Shown here: positions 8,358 to 17,236 of the stretch, piece after piece | Layout of the letters: each line of letters begins with the position of its first letter | How positions within the stretch are numbered: position 1 is the first letter of the stretch | Position numbers and translations under genes: made by a program | Virus record (IMG/VR): IMGVR_UViG_3300046534_001090 | Span: 1-55,000 of that record | Source of the DNA: a virus | Taxonomy: Duplodnaviria > Caudoviricetes | Length of the DNA: 55,000 bases | Direction: 5' to 3' (one strand) | The notes under the pieces: model-generated | What the model was told of the DNA's origin: nothing | Databases searched by the model: none | Seen by the model: only the letters and a program-made list of their open reading frames with translations

Positions 8358-8708
8358 ATGTATTACGCGTATCATATTGGTTTTATACCCCCGCAGCTAA
8401 CAGCCCTATACCCCCATCACGCGGTGTACGGAGGCTTGGCAATATTCGGTGAATCGATTGAAGCAATCACCGGGATAGCTCTTAAGCCCGAAGAGATCAA
8501 CAGCTACATTCACATGGCCCAGTCAGGGAATGAAGCTGACGAAGAACAAGCACGTACTGCTGCCGAAGACGCAATAAGGGAAGCATTGCAACTAGCTTTG
8601 ATGGAACCCGACAGCCGCGAGATTCGAGTAAACGGCAGTCAAGCCCAAACGCTGCATTCGGACTGGATGGCCTCACAGCCAGAGCAATATACAGAGATAG
8701 AACCATAA
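8358..8708 (+). CDS. Hypothetical protein
   Basis: ORF in operon, AAGGG SD. Confidence 0.6.
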   Translation: MYYAYHIGFIPPQLTALYPHHAVYGGLAIFGESIEAITGIALKPEEINSYIHMAQSGNEADEEQARTAAEDAIREALQLALMEPDSREIRVNGSQAQTLHSDWMASQPEQYTEIEP

Positions 8709-8728
8709 ATATGCAAATCACTGAATAT

Positions 8729-8737
8729 TGGTATAAT
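8729..8737 (+). promoter_or_regulatory. Extended -10 promoter element
   Basis: TGGTATAAT in the AT-rich gap upstream of 8779 and the packaging genes. Confidence 0.45.
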
Positions 8738-8778
8738 TAGCTTTTAATAATCATTGATCAAATAAACAGGGCGATAAC

Positions 8779-9087
8779 ATGAGATATTTTACAGCCACGA
8801 TAGCAGACGGAGCCAGTGCGGATATAGATGTTTCCATGCTTGGCCATGAAAGTGGATTTCAAGTCAGTGCGGTTGGTGCTGGTGTCCTTACTGTCAGCAC
8901 TGAAGAAGCAAATTTTACTGGCTTTGTGGAGCAATCAACCCAAACGGCTCAAACTAAGATCTATGACTTAGTGAATGTCAATACGGTTCGCTTGGCTGCT
9001 GCAGGATCTTCAATCATTTATAAGATTACAATGCTAGACAACAAGGCCAGCACCCCAACATCAAATTGGGATAATGCCGGGGTATAA
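8779..9087 (+). CDS. Hypothetical protein
   Basis: 102-aa ORF following the putative promoter. Confidence 0.6.
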   Translation: MRYFTATIADGASADIDVSMLGHESGFQVSAVGAGVLTVSTEEANFTGFVEQSTQTAQTKIYDLVNVNTVRLAAAGSSIIYKITMLDNKASTPTSNWDNAGV

Positions 9088-9134
9088 ATATTACGGTTTA
9101 ACAAGTATTAAATTCAATGCACCAGGAGAAATGT

Positions 9135-9914
9135 ATGAATGATCAAGAAGTAGAAAAAGAAATCGAAGAGAAGGGCTTAAACGCCCCTAGAATCAGCTTA
9201 GAGCACGTAAATTCATTGATATCGATAGTTGAGTATCATGTATTTGCTAACTCTACACTAACAGTCTGCTGCATTACCCTTGATAACGGGTTTACGGTAA
9301 CCGGCGAATCTGCTTGTGCCAGCTATGAGAACTACAACAAGCAACTAGGCGAGAAGATAGCCTATGAAAAGGCCAAGTCTAAGATCTGGATGCTTGAGGG
9401 CTATCTGCTAAAGGATAAACTGCATAACGGGCCTCAAAATGATGAGCCTGTTGATCCAGAGGCTGAATATAAACCCTCCAAACTTAGACGCTCCCCGCTT
9501 AAAGTCGGCCCGACTGCAATTAAACAGCGTTCGCAGAGTATTTATGATGATGTTGGAATGTCAACTATGGCTGCAGACTACTTTACGGATTTCGGCAAGT
9601 TCTTTCCGGAACAGGGATCAAAGCCGACAAAACCCGCTGAAGATAATGTAATGCCATTCGAGCAGACAGCTCTTTGTGTCGATGGTCCTATGCTCGGGGA
9701 TAGAGTTAGTGAATATAGAAAATCTTGGAAAGTCGAAGATGGTAATGGAAATATTGAATACCATTTAGTTCGTTTTATTACTGATGATGGGTTTTGGGTG
9801 GCATGGGCTACAAACAAACATATCAATTTTTTAAAAGCTGTTGCTGGTTTGACTCAAGCTCTTGCTATGCGATCGGGTCGAGATCATAGCGCGGGCTCTC
9901 GGATCAAGAAATGA
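9135..9914 (+). CDS. N4 Gp49/Sf6 Gp66 family protein with long C-terminal extension
   Basis: KGLNAPRI, LTVCCITLDNGFTVTGESAC, ENYNKQLG and KIWMLEGYLLK motifs; AGGAG SD before ATG 9135. Confidence 0.8.
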   Translation: MNDQEVEKEIEEKGLNAPRISLEHVNSLISIVEYHVFANSTLTVCCITLDNGFTVTGESACASYENYNKQLGEKIAYEKAKSKIWMLEGYLLKDKLHNGPQNDEPVDPEAEYKPSKLRRSPLKVGPTAIKQRSQSIYDDVGMSTMAADYFTDFGKFFPEQGSKPTKPAEDNVMPFEQTALCVDGPMLGDRVSEYRKSWKVEDGNGNIEYHLVRFITDDGFWVAWATNKHINFLKAVAGLTQALAMRSGRDHSAGSRIKK

Positions 9915-10234
9915 ATAGGCGTCAATTCATAAAGAAAGCAGCAATAGGGGTGACTGGTGCTATGGTAGCCGGTCCTTCTATTGCGGCTATGTCTGCTGAT
10001 AAAGATCCTTTTTATGAGCTAGATGCCATGATGAAGATTATGATGGATAATCTGTACTATGCTTCTAATCCACCATTGATTGCTGATCATGTTCACGATG
10101 CTATGAAATTCGGGACAGCTATATTCAAGACTCCTGGGACGGCTATATTGAAAACTCATGGGCATAGCCTATCTGTGTATCGATCGAGCGCAAAGATACC
10201 ACTATCAAAGTTCTTGGGTTTAGACGATGAATAG
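9911..10234 (+). CDS. Twin-arginine signal protein with portal-like motifs
   Basis: MNRRQFIK plus h-region and SIAA; ATGA overlap with the upstream gene; MMDN..ASNPPLI and DAMKFGTAIFK segments. Confidence 0.7.
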   Translation: MNRRQFIKKAAIGVTGAMVAGPSIAAMSADKDPFYELDAMMKIMMDNLYYASNPPLIADHVHDAMKFGTAIFKTPGTAILKTHGHSLSVYRSSAKIPLSKFLGLDDE

Positions 10235-10517
10235 GCGTAAATTTCTTTCTATGGCTATACAGGGGGCGGTAGCTGCTATTGCTGCCCCAAGTCTATTGGT
10301 TGCTGAAACCATGTCTGTAGGCGATAACGTCATTACTTTAGAGAATTTAAGAAATATGATTAGAGTTCTTCATGCTAATAAAGCGACTCCAATTACTTAT
10401 CTTGCTCCAATTAGTGGGTTTGTCTTTATAAATTCTTATCTTGAAGAAAACGGTAACTTTTCTGGCGTAGGTTCGCTTGAAATGCCTTGTAGATTTATTG
10501 AGAATAAAAATGAGTAA
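10227..10517 (+). CDS. Twin-arginine signal protein with major-capsid-like segment
   Basis: MNRRKFLS plus h-region; overlaps both neighbours; three blocks colinear with the MCP. Confidence 0.7.
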   Translation: MNRRKFLSMAIQGAVAAIAAPSLLVAETMSVGDNVITLENLRNMIRVLHANKATPITYLAPISGFVFINSYLEENGNFSGVGSLEMPCRFIENKNE

Positions 10518-11217
10518 GCTAATGGATCAGTTGGCATCCATCACTACTAAGAAGCCTACCGTTAAGAAGCCTGCTGCTAAGAAAGCGGTGCCTCGTAAAC
10601 GCAATCCAACCAAACCAGCTGCTAAGAAGCCTGCGCCTAAGACAGTTCCCAAGAAGGCCAAGGTTACCACCAGAACTATCAAGAAGCCTGCACTGCCAAA
10701 GGTAGCTAAACCTGCCCAAGACAAAGCAGAGAAGAATACCGGCTTTAAATTCCCCAAGGGTAACAAATACTGGCATCTTAGGACTAAGACTGGTCGTAAT
10801 TCCAAGTGGGATAATCCTCAACAGCTGTTAGATGACTGCATTAGCTACCTGGAGTGGGTGGATATGAACCCGCTATGGGAAGAGAAGCCATTTTCTTACC
10901 AAGGCGATATTGTTATTGCCAATGTAAATGTTATGCGAGCCGCTACGCTGAATGGATTGCAGATGCACATAGGGATTAGTGATCAAGGATGGCTTAATTA
11001 CAGGGTCAAGCCTGACTTTGTTGGGGTCATAGAGTATGTAGAGAAAGCAATCTATGAGCAAAAGTTCACTGGTGCTGCGGCTAACCTATTGAATGCAAAC
11101 ATAATTTCAAGAGAATTGGGCTTGGCAGACAAAAAAGAGCTTACCGGCGCTGGTGGTGGACCAATAAAAAGCATTACTCGGCAGATAGTTCAGCCCGAGC
11201 AATCTAACAATAATTAA
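10510..11217 (+). CDS. terS: Terminase small subunit (P22 gp3-like) with K/A/P-rich N-terminal extension
   Basis: FPKGNKYW, GRN, YLEWVDMNPLWE and IYEQKFTGAAANLLNANIISRELGLADK match the P22 gp3 pattern. Confidence 0.9.
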   Translation: MSKLMDQLASITTKKPTVKKPAAKKAVPRKRNPTKPAAKKPAPKTVPKKAKVTTRTIKKPALPKVAKPAQDKAEKNTGFKFPKGNKYWHLRTKTGRNSKWDNPQQLLDDCISYLEWVDMNPLWEEKPFSYQGDIVIANVNVMRAATLNGLQMHIGISDQGWLNYRVKPDFVGVIEYVEKAIYEQKFTGAAANLLNANIISRELGLADKKELTGAGGGPIKSITRQIVQPEQSNNN

Positions 11218-11235
11218 AAAATACATGAGGTTTTT

Positions 11236-11610
11236 ATGAGAACAGAATTATTGAAAGAAGCTCAGTTGCCAAGCATCCATAACTTCAGTGACAGAGTTAC
11301 CATTATGCGGGCTGATTACCAACGCTTTGTAAAAAGCTATGGGGCTCTTCTTTATTTCGCCTCAAGGGTGATTGGTATCAAAGAAGACAAAGTTACTGTT
11401 GTAAGTATGGAAACGTTTGAGGTTACAAGATTTAACAATCATAACCGCTACATTGAAAACCTTTCTTTTCCAGTTAGCTCTTACATTGAGGAAATAAACA
11501 AGCTCAAGAAAGAGAACCAAAGACTTAAAACTATTGTTGCTAGAAATTGTTTAGATGAAGATGTTAATGAGGTTAGAAGTAGTAAGAACCTCAATATTGA
11601 CTACCCATGA
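11236..11610 (+). CDS. Hypothetical protein between terS and terL
   Basis: GAGG SD; C-terminal coiled coil. Confidence 0.65.
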   Translation: MRTELLKEAQLPSIHNFSDRVTIMRADYQRFVKSYGALLYFASRVIGIKEDKVTVVSMETFEVTRFNNHNRYIENLSFPVSSYIEEINKLKKENQRLKTIVARNCLDEDVNEVRSSKNLNIDYP

Positions 11611-11650
11611 ATATATGGCTCCTTATCAATCAGAAGACTAGCGGCAATTA

Positions 11651-12976
11651 ATGAATTTACAGATACCTACTGCTGAAGTCTTTGTTCCGCTGCTTGATCC
11701 AGCTAGATATAAAGGCGCTGATGGTGGTCGCGGTAGTGGTAAGTCTCACTTCTTTGCCGGCTTAGGTGTAGAGGATGCACTAAGGTTCCCAGGTGAGGCC
11801 GGTGAAGGAATGCGCTGGCTATGTGGGCGCGAGATACAGAAGAGCTTGCAGCAGTCTGCCAAACACCTGATCGAGACTAAGATTAATGATTTTGGTCTAG
11901 GCGAGAAAGATGGTTTCAAGATATTCAAAGATGTTATCCAGCTACCGGGCGATGGCATCTGCCTATTCCAAGGTCTTCAGGACCATACTTCGGAATCTAT
12001 TAAGTCTTTTGAAGGCATCCATAGATTCTGGAATGAGGAAGCTCAGACTACTTCAGCCCAGACTTTAAAGCTGATTAGGCCCACAATACGTTGGGAAGAC
12101 AAAGTTAGAGGATTAAAGTCTGAACTATGGTTCTCATGGAACGGTCGCAGAAAACTTGATCCAGTTGATATAATGTTCAAGGGTGGCAATCCTCCTACTG
12201 GCTCAAAGCACGTAAGATCCAACTGGAATCATAATCCATGGTTCCCGGATATCCTGAATCAAGAGAGAATGGACTGCCTAAATAATGACCCGGATCAGTA
12301 CGATCATATATGGGAAGGTGATTATGTGTCGGTAATGGAGGGAGCTTATTTTGCCAAACATCTTAAAGAGGCTCGGGCGCAGGGTCGTATCGGTCGTGTT
12401 GGTCCGGACCCTCTCATTACCTACAGAGCTTTCTGTGATTTGGGTGGTACTGGCGCTAGAGCTGATGCGTTTACTATCTGGATTGCTCAATTTGTAAACC
12501 GTGAAATAAGGGTGCTCAACTACTACGAGGCCCAAGGTCAGGATATGGCTACTCATATCACCTGGCTTAGAGCTAATGGCTACAATGAGCAGAATACGGG
12601 TATTTGGTTGCCGCACGATGGCAGCACGAATGATCGGGTGCATGATGTATCGTTTGAGTCAGCATTCAAGTCAGCAGGATTTGCGGTCGAAGTAATACCT
12701 AATCAGGGCAAAGGTGCAGCAAAGGCAAGGATTGAAGCGGGTAGACGGTTATTCCCGTTAATGTGGTTTAATGAAGATCCCTGCAGTGGTGGCCTTGATG
12801 CACTAGGATGGTATCACGAGAAGAAGGATGAGAAGAGGGACATCGGTCTAGGACCGGATCACGACTGGTCTAGCCACGGCGCTGATGCTTTTGGGCTCAT
12901 GGCTGTAGCGTATGAACAACCACGACAAAAATCAAAAAGGAAGGTAAACTCAGTCACTGATCACATGAATATTTAA
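11651..12976 (+). CDS. terL: Terminase large subunit (PBSX family)
   Basis: GGRGSGKS Walker A, REIQKS, IKSFEG, WNEEAQ Walker B, LPHDG and HDWSSHGADAF nuclease motifs. Confidence 0.95.
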   Translation: MNLQIPTAEVFVPLLDPARYKGADGGRGSGKSHFFAGLGVEDALRFPGEAGEGMRWLCGREIQKSLQQSAKHLIETKINDFGLGEKDGFKIFKDVIQLPGDGICLFQGLQDHTSESIKSFEGIHRFWNEEAQTTSAQTLKLIRPTIRWEDKVRGLKSELWFSWNGRRKLDPVDIMFKGGNPPTGSKHVRSNWNHNPWFPDILNQERMDCLNNDPDQYDHIWEGDYVSVMEGAYFAKHLKEARAQGRIGRVGPDPLITYRAFCDLGGTGARADAFTIWIAQFVNREIRVLNYYEAQGQDMATHITWLRANGYNEQNTGIWLPHDGSTNDRVHDVSFESAFKSAGFAVEVIPNQGKGAAKARIEAGRRLFPLMWFNEDPCSGGLDALGWYHEKKDEKRDIGLGPDHDWSSHGADAFGLMAVAYEQPRQKSKRKVNSVTDHMNI

Positions 12977-12993
12977 TTACAGGACGCCCTAGT

Positions 12994-13350
12994 ATGCCTA
13001 AATATGACTTACCCCCATTGCCAAAACCTGAAAAGGATGAAGAAATGGTAGAGAATATGCCTACTACCGGCATGAGCTCTAGCCCTAAATCGCCAGATAA
13101 ATGGCAGAGAACCATTAGTTTGCCTGTTAATGCCGCTATTTTAGAATCCATTAAAGTGGGTGATAATGTCAGCGTTACGCTTATGGGCGAAGTCCACGGC
13201 ACTCAGGACAGTGAAACCAGTGACGATGACTATGACTACAGCAACAACAAATCAATCCGCGTCATGGTGACTTCAATCGAGGCGTATCCTGAAGATATGG
13301 ATGCCATCGAAGAAGAAGACAGCATAATGCAAGGCTATGATCAGGGCTAG
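12994..13350 (+). CDS. Hypothetical acidic head-region protein
   Basis: ORF between terL and portal. Confidence 0.65.
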   Translation: MPKYDLPPLPKPEKDEEMVENMPTTGMSSSPKSPDKWQRTISLPVNAAILESIKVGDNVSVTLMGEVHGTQDSETSDDDYDYSNNKSIRVMVTSIEAYPEDMDAIEEEDSIMQGYDQG

Positions 13351-13359
13351 GCTAACTCT

Positions 13360-15666
13360 ATGAACACTGAAGAATCTAATATGTTGAGCAGCCAAGAAGA
13401 TACGGCTATGGAAGATGATTTTGAGCTTGGTGAAGAAAATGCTCAAGAGCAGCTAAAGCAAAATCTTGAAGCATTAAGCTCGGTTCTTTCTGAATGGCGT
13501 TCGGAAGCTATTAGTTCCAGACAAGCCAGCGGCATTGAAACTGAGTGGACAGAGGACGAGGATTATTACGAAGGTATCGATGACCTTAATCGCAATAGCC
13601 AGCGCCCCAAAAACTCAAAGCCTACAGGTGTAGGATCCTCAGACAATAGCGATACTCAGACAAACAGCACCGGTTCAAAAGTATTCCCCAACATAACTAG
13701 ACCTTTTGTTGATGCGAGTTCAGATAGAACAGCTGATATGTTGCTGCCTGTTGATGATGTTGCCTGGGTTCTTAATCCTACCCCTATTCCTGAAATGGGG
13801 GAGATAGCTGATGGTGAGATACCCCCTGAGATCCTAGCCCAGATTCAGGCTGAAGGTGGCGATGAAGCTGTAATTGAGGCTAAAAAGCAGCAGCTAATTG
13901 AAGAGGTTAGCAAGATAGTTAAAGAAGCTAGAGAGACTGCTGCAAGGGCAGAGAAGCGCATTCAGGATTGGCATATAGAATGTCAGTACCACGCTCATGC
14001 TCGTAAAATGATCAAAGATTGCGCTCGTATCGGCACCGGTGTATTGAAAGGCCCGATAGTCACAAAGAAACAAGTGGTAGCGTATAAAGAAGGCAAGCTC
14101 ATTGTTAAGGAAGAGATTGTTCCTGTTACCCGTAGAATAGATCCAATTAATTTTTATCCTCATGGCGCTTGCGGCGAGTACGTTGATAACGGCTCTTATG
14201 CTATGGACCGTGACGATATTACCCGCAAGAAGCTGGAAGAACTTAAAGGTACGCCAGGTTACTTTGCTTTTCAGTTAGATGCCTGTTTAGAAGAAGGCCC
14301 GATTGAAACCACTGATGTAGCTACTACCGAGCGGCAAAACCGCAAGAAGAAAGACAATAAAGACCTTTTTGATATCTGGTATTTGTACGGCCAAGTTCAG
14401 GTTGAAGACTACCTAAGAGCCTTACAACTTAGACCGGACCTTGATAACGATGAGATAAATGAAGAGCTCAATGCTGTTGAAGGTAAAAAATCAGTCTACG
14501 TTGAGGCCACAATTGTTAATGATCGAATTGTTAAGCTGATTCAAAATACTCTTGATACTGGCGAATTCCCTTACGATTTAATGGTATGGCAGGCAAGGCG
14601 CGGATCTCCATGGGGTATCGGTGTTGGCCGGCAAGTTAGAACAGCTCAAGATATCTTTAAAGCTGCTTGGCGTAACATGATGGACAATGCCGGTAGAGCT
14701 TCAGGCCCACAAGTGATTTGGGATGAAGAGTATATTGAGCCAGCTATCGGTGAGATTTATCAAATCAAGCCATGGGGTCAATGGGTTCTTAAGAAGTCTT
14801 TATCCCAAGGCATGCGGATAGATCAGGTGTTTGCTTTCATTGAAGCCCCTATGTACCAGGCTGAAATGAGAAACATTATTGAAATGGCAATATCTTTAGC
14901 TCAAGAAGCGACTGGATTGCCTCTTATTATGCAGGGTCAAACCGATTCAGCTACGCCAGATACTCTAGGCGGCATGGTACTTCAGAACAATAATGCCTCA
15001 ACTGTTATGCGCGGGATAGCGCGAACCTTTGATGACCGGGTAACCGAGCGGAATGTGCGTAGACACTATACCTATCTGCTGATTTACGGTGAAGACAATG
15101 AGAAGGGCGATTTCAAGGTAGATGCTAAAGGCTCTGCTGGATTGGTTGAGCGTGATATGCAGGCTCCTATCCTTATGAATCTAATGACATTGTTTCAGAA
15201 TCCAGTTTACGGTAAGGATCCTAGGCGCGCAGCAGATGAGTTTCTTAAAGCAATGCGCTTTGATGCTACTCAGTTTGATTACGATGACGAGAAATGGAAA
15301 GAAATGGTTGCCAAGATCATGGAGCCAGTGCCTGATAATGCTGTTGAGATTGCCAATATCCGTAAAGAAATGAATTCTGAAACTCTTGCGAGCAAAGAAA
15401 ATATTGAGGCGTACAAATCTCAAGCTCAAGCTGCACTTAAAAATGCCGAGCAAGAGTTCGAGGTTCTTATGTCTACTGTTAATCAAGATGAGTTGGCATT
15501 TAAAGAGAGTGAGGCGTTTAAGCGCGTTACTGCTCAGATCAAGGGAAAACTGGCTGAAACCATGGCCAGTATTCAAGCCCAGCTTACGATGGGCGATACC
15601 GAAATAGCACCTACACCAGTAGAGCCGGCACAAAGAGCCCCTGCTGGGCAGGCTTATACACAGTAA
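13360..15666 (+). CDS. Portal protein
   Basis: 768 aa after terL; IGTGVLKGP, PWGIGV, MMDN and ATGLP..MQG podoviral portal motifs. Confidence 0.88.
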   Translation: MNTEESNMLSSQEDTAMEDDFELGEENAQEQLKQNLEALSSVLSEWRSEAISSRQASGIETEWTEDEDYYEGIDDLNRNSQRPKNSKPTGVGSSDNSDTQTNSTGSKVFPNITRPFVDASSDRTADMLLPVDDVAWVLNPTPIPEMGEIADGEIPPEILAQIQAEGGDEAVIEAKKQQLIEEVSKIVKEARETAARAEKRIQDWHIECQYHAHARKMIKDCARIGTGVLKGPIVTKKQVVAYKEGKLIVKEEIVPVTRRIDPINFYPHGACGEYVDNGSYAMDRDDITRKKLEELKGTPGYFAFQLDACLEEGPIETTDVATTERQNRKKKDNKDLFDIWYLYGQVQVEDYLRALQLRPDLDNDEINEELNAVEGKKSVYVEATIVNDRIVKLIQNTLDTGEFPYDLMVWQARRGSPWGIGVGRQVRTAQDIFKAAWRNMMDNAGRASGPQVIWDEEYIEPAIGEIYQIKPWGQWVLKKSLSQGMRIDQVFAFIEAPMYQAEMRNIIEMAISLAQEATGLPLIMQGQTDSATPDTLGGMVLQNNNASTVMRGIARTFDDRVTERNVRRHYTYLLIYGEDNEKGDFKVDAKGSAGLVERDMQAPILMNLMTLFQNPVYGKDPRRAADEFLKAMRFDATQFDYDDEKWKEMVAKIMEPVPDNAVEIANIRKEMNSETLASKENIEAYKSQAQAALKNAEQEFEVLMSTVNQDELAFKESEAFKRVTAQIKGKLAETMASIQAQLTMGDTEIAPTPVEPAQRAPAGQAYTQ

Positions 15667-15678
15667 CAGGAGAGATTT

Positions 15679-15972
15679 ATGTCAAAGATATTCCAGAATA
15701 AAGCAGGATTGGTTCTACCCCCTCACTTAGTTGAGGCAAAGGCGCGCAAGCCTGTAGTAGTGTTCTTCTTTAGGTCTGATGATATAGATAAGAATCCCAA
15801 TGATTGGGAGCCCGTTAAGCTCAAAGATGTGCCTAAATGGGTACAGGAAGAAGGTGTTGTTGCGGCTATGATGTTAGGCAACTGTATACAAGATGAAGCT
15901 AAAGATCCTCACTGGTGGGGAGCTAAACGTGTTGAGGTTCAGTCTTTGGAAGCGAATAGGGTGCTCCACTAA
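15679..15972 (+). CDS. Hypothetical protein
   Basis: GGAG SD; coupled to the next ORF. Confidence 0.65.
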   Translation: MSKIFQNKAGLVLPPHLVEAKARKPVVVFFFRSDDIDKNPNDWEPVKLKDVPKWVQEEGVVAAMMLGNCIQDEAKDPHWWGAKRVEVQSLEANRVLH

Positions 15973-16193
15973 TGGCCGGATTACAGCTTGATAACAATGA
16001 TCTTAGCTCAAAGACCTGGGATAAAATCAAAACTTTCTTAGAAGAAAGCCTAATTAAACTAAGATTAGATAACGATAATAGATTAAATGACTGTGACACT
16101 GCGGAAATTCGCGGTAAAATCCAGTTTTGCAAGGATATGCTACGTGCCGGTAAAGACCGGCCAAACATACTGCCGGGTTCAGTAGAAAACTGA
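15972..16193 (+). CDS. Conserved small head-module protein
   Basis: TW..IK..L...LRLDND...TAEIRGKI pattern typical of the gene between portal and scaffold. Confidence 0.65.
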   Translation: MAGLQLDNNDLSSKTWDKIKTFLEESLIKLRLDNDNRLNDCDTAEIRGKIQFCKDMLRAGKDRPNILPGSVEN

Positions 16194-16252
16194 TCCTCGC
16201 TTTTACCAAAGAAGCGCATTAGCCCTTCGGAGAAGACCACAGGAGAGAATGA

Positions 16253-17200
16253 ATGGAAGTTGAAAATAACGAGGTTGAAGAGCAGCAGATAGACGCGGAT
16301 CAGGCCGCAATGGAAGAAGAGTCAGCACTAGAAATGGGTTACGAAGCCGATGATGATTCATCCGCAATAGTTATCCCAGATACAGGTGCAGGCACTGAAG
16401 ACCAGCCGCCTACTGACCAGGATGAAGATCCTGATGAAAACCCGCAAGCAAAGGTAGATGACCAAAAGCCGGATGATGCAAAGATTCCCGCGGAAACTGG
16501 TGACGATGCCTTTATGAAAAAATTTGAGAACCTGATTGATGGACGCTTGAGAAATTATTCAGGCCATATCAATAAGGTTATGGATCAAAAGTTAGAAGGG
16601 TTACAAAACAAAGCAACTGAAGCCGCTAAAGAAGCCGCTAAAGACGCTGGTGGTGATTTGCCCTCTAATCAAAGGATCCAAGCTGCCCTTAAAGATTCAA
16701 AGGCAATGCAAAGGCTAGAAGATGACTTTCCTGAATATGCAGAAGCTCTACGAGAAGCCCAGTCTATTGGTGCTACAGAGCTTAGAGCAGATATCATGGA
16801 AGACGTTAAAAAGCTCCAAAGCAATGCCGTTGATACTAGCGGGTTTGTTAAGTCTGATGACATAGCAGATCTAAAAGAAACCATCGTTACTATGACGCAT
16901 CCAACATGGATATCTGATATTAAGAGTCCTGAATTCTCTTCGTGGATTAATGGCCTAGAAGGTGAGCCTAAAAACCAGGCAAACCTTCTGGCCGCGAGTG
17001 AACGTCCGGCAGATGCTTCAGCGATGATGAAAATGTACTACGATAGTAAGACCTCATCTGAAGAAAAGCCTGCTGCACGTTCTAATTCCAGAAAACGACT
17101 TGAAGCAGCGGCAACCCCCACTGGTAGCAGTGGACATAGACCAACGCCGAAAGTCATGGACGAAGACGATGCAATGGCGCATGGCTACAATAACGGATAG
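16253..17200 (+). CDS. Capsid scaffolding protein
   Basis: Acidic, helical, low-complexity protein immediately before the MCP; AGGAG SD. Confidence 0.8.
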   Translation: MEVENNEVEEQQIDADQAAMEEESALEMGYEADDDSSAIVIPDTGAGTEDQPPTDQDEDPDENPQAKVDDQKPDDAKIPAETGDDAFMKKFENLIDGRLRNYSGHINKVMDQKLEGLQNKATEAAKEAAKDAGGDLPSNQRIQAALKDSKAMQRLEDDFPEYAEALREAQSIGATELRADIMEDVKKLQSNAVDTSGFVKSDDIADLKETIVTMTHPTWISDIKSPEFSSWINGLEGEPKNQANLLAASERPADASAMMKMYYDSKTSSEEKPAARSNSRKRLEAAATPTGSSGHRPTPKVMDEDDAMAHGYNNG

Positions 17201-17236
17201 TCAGCCCTATAGCAGAAGTCTTCCCGGAGACTTAAT

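Noticed and set aside
9530-9610. Possible further portal-like fragment (RSQSIYDDVG...DFG) in the Gp49-family extension
   Set aside because: Too short, and no convincing alignment to the resident portal
16619-16650. 12-bp tandem repeat GAAGCCGCTAAA in the scaffold gene
   Set aside because: Ordinary EAAK helical low-complexity coding repeat
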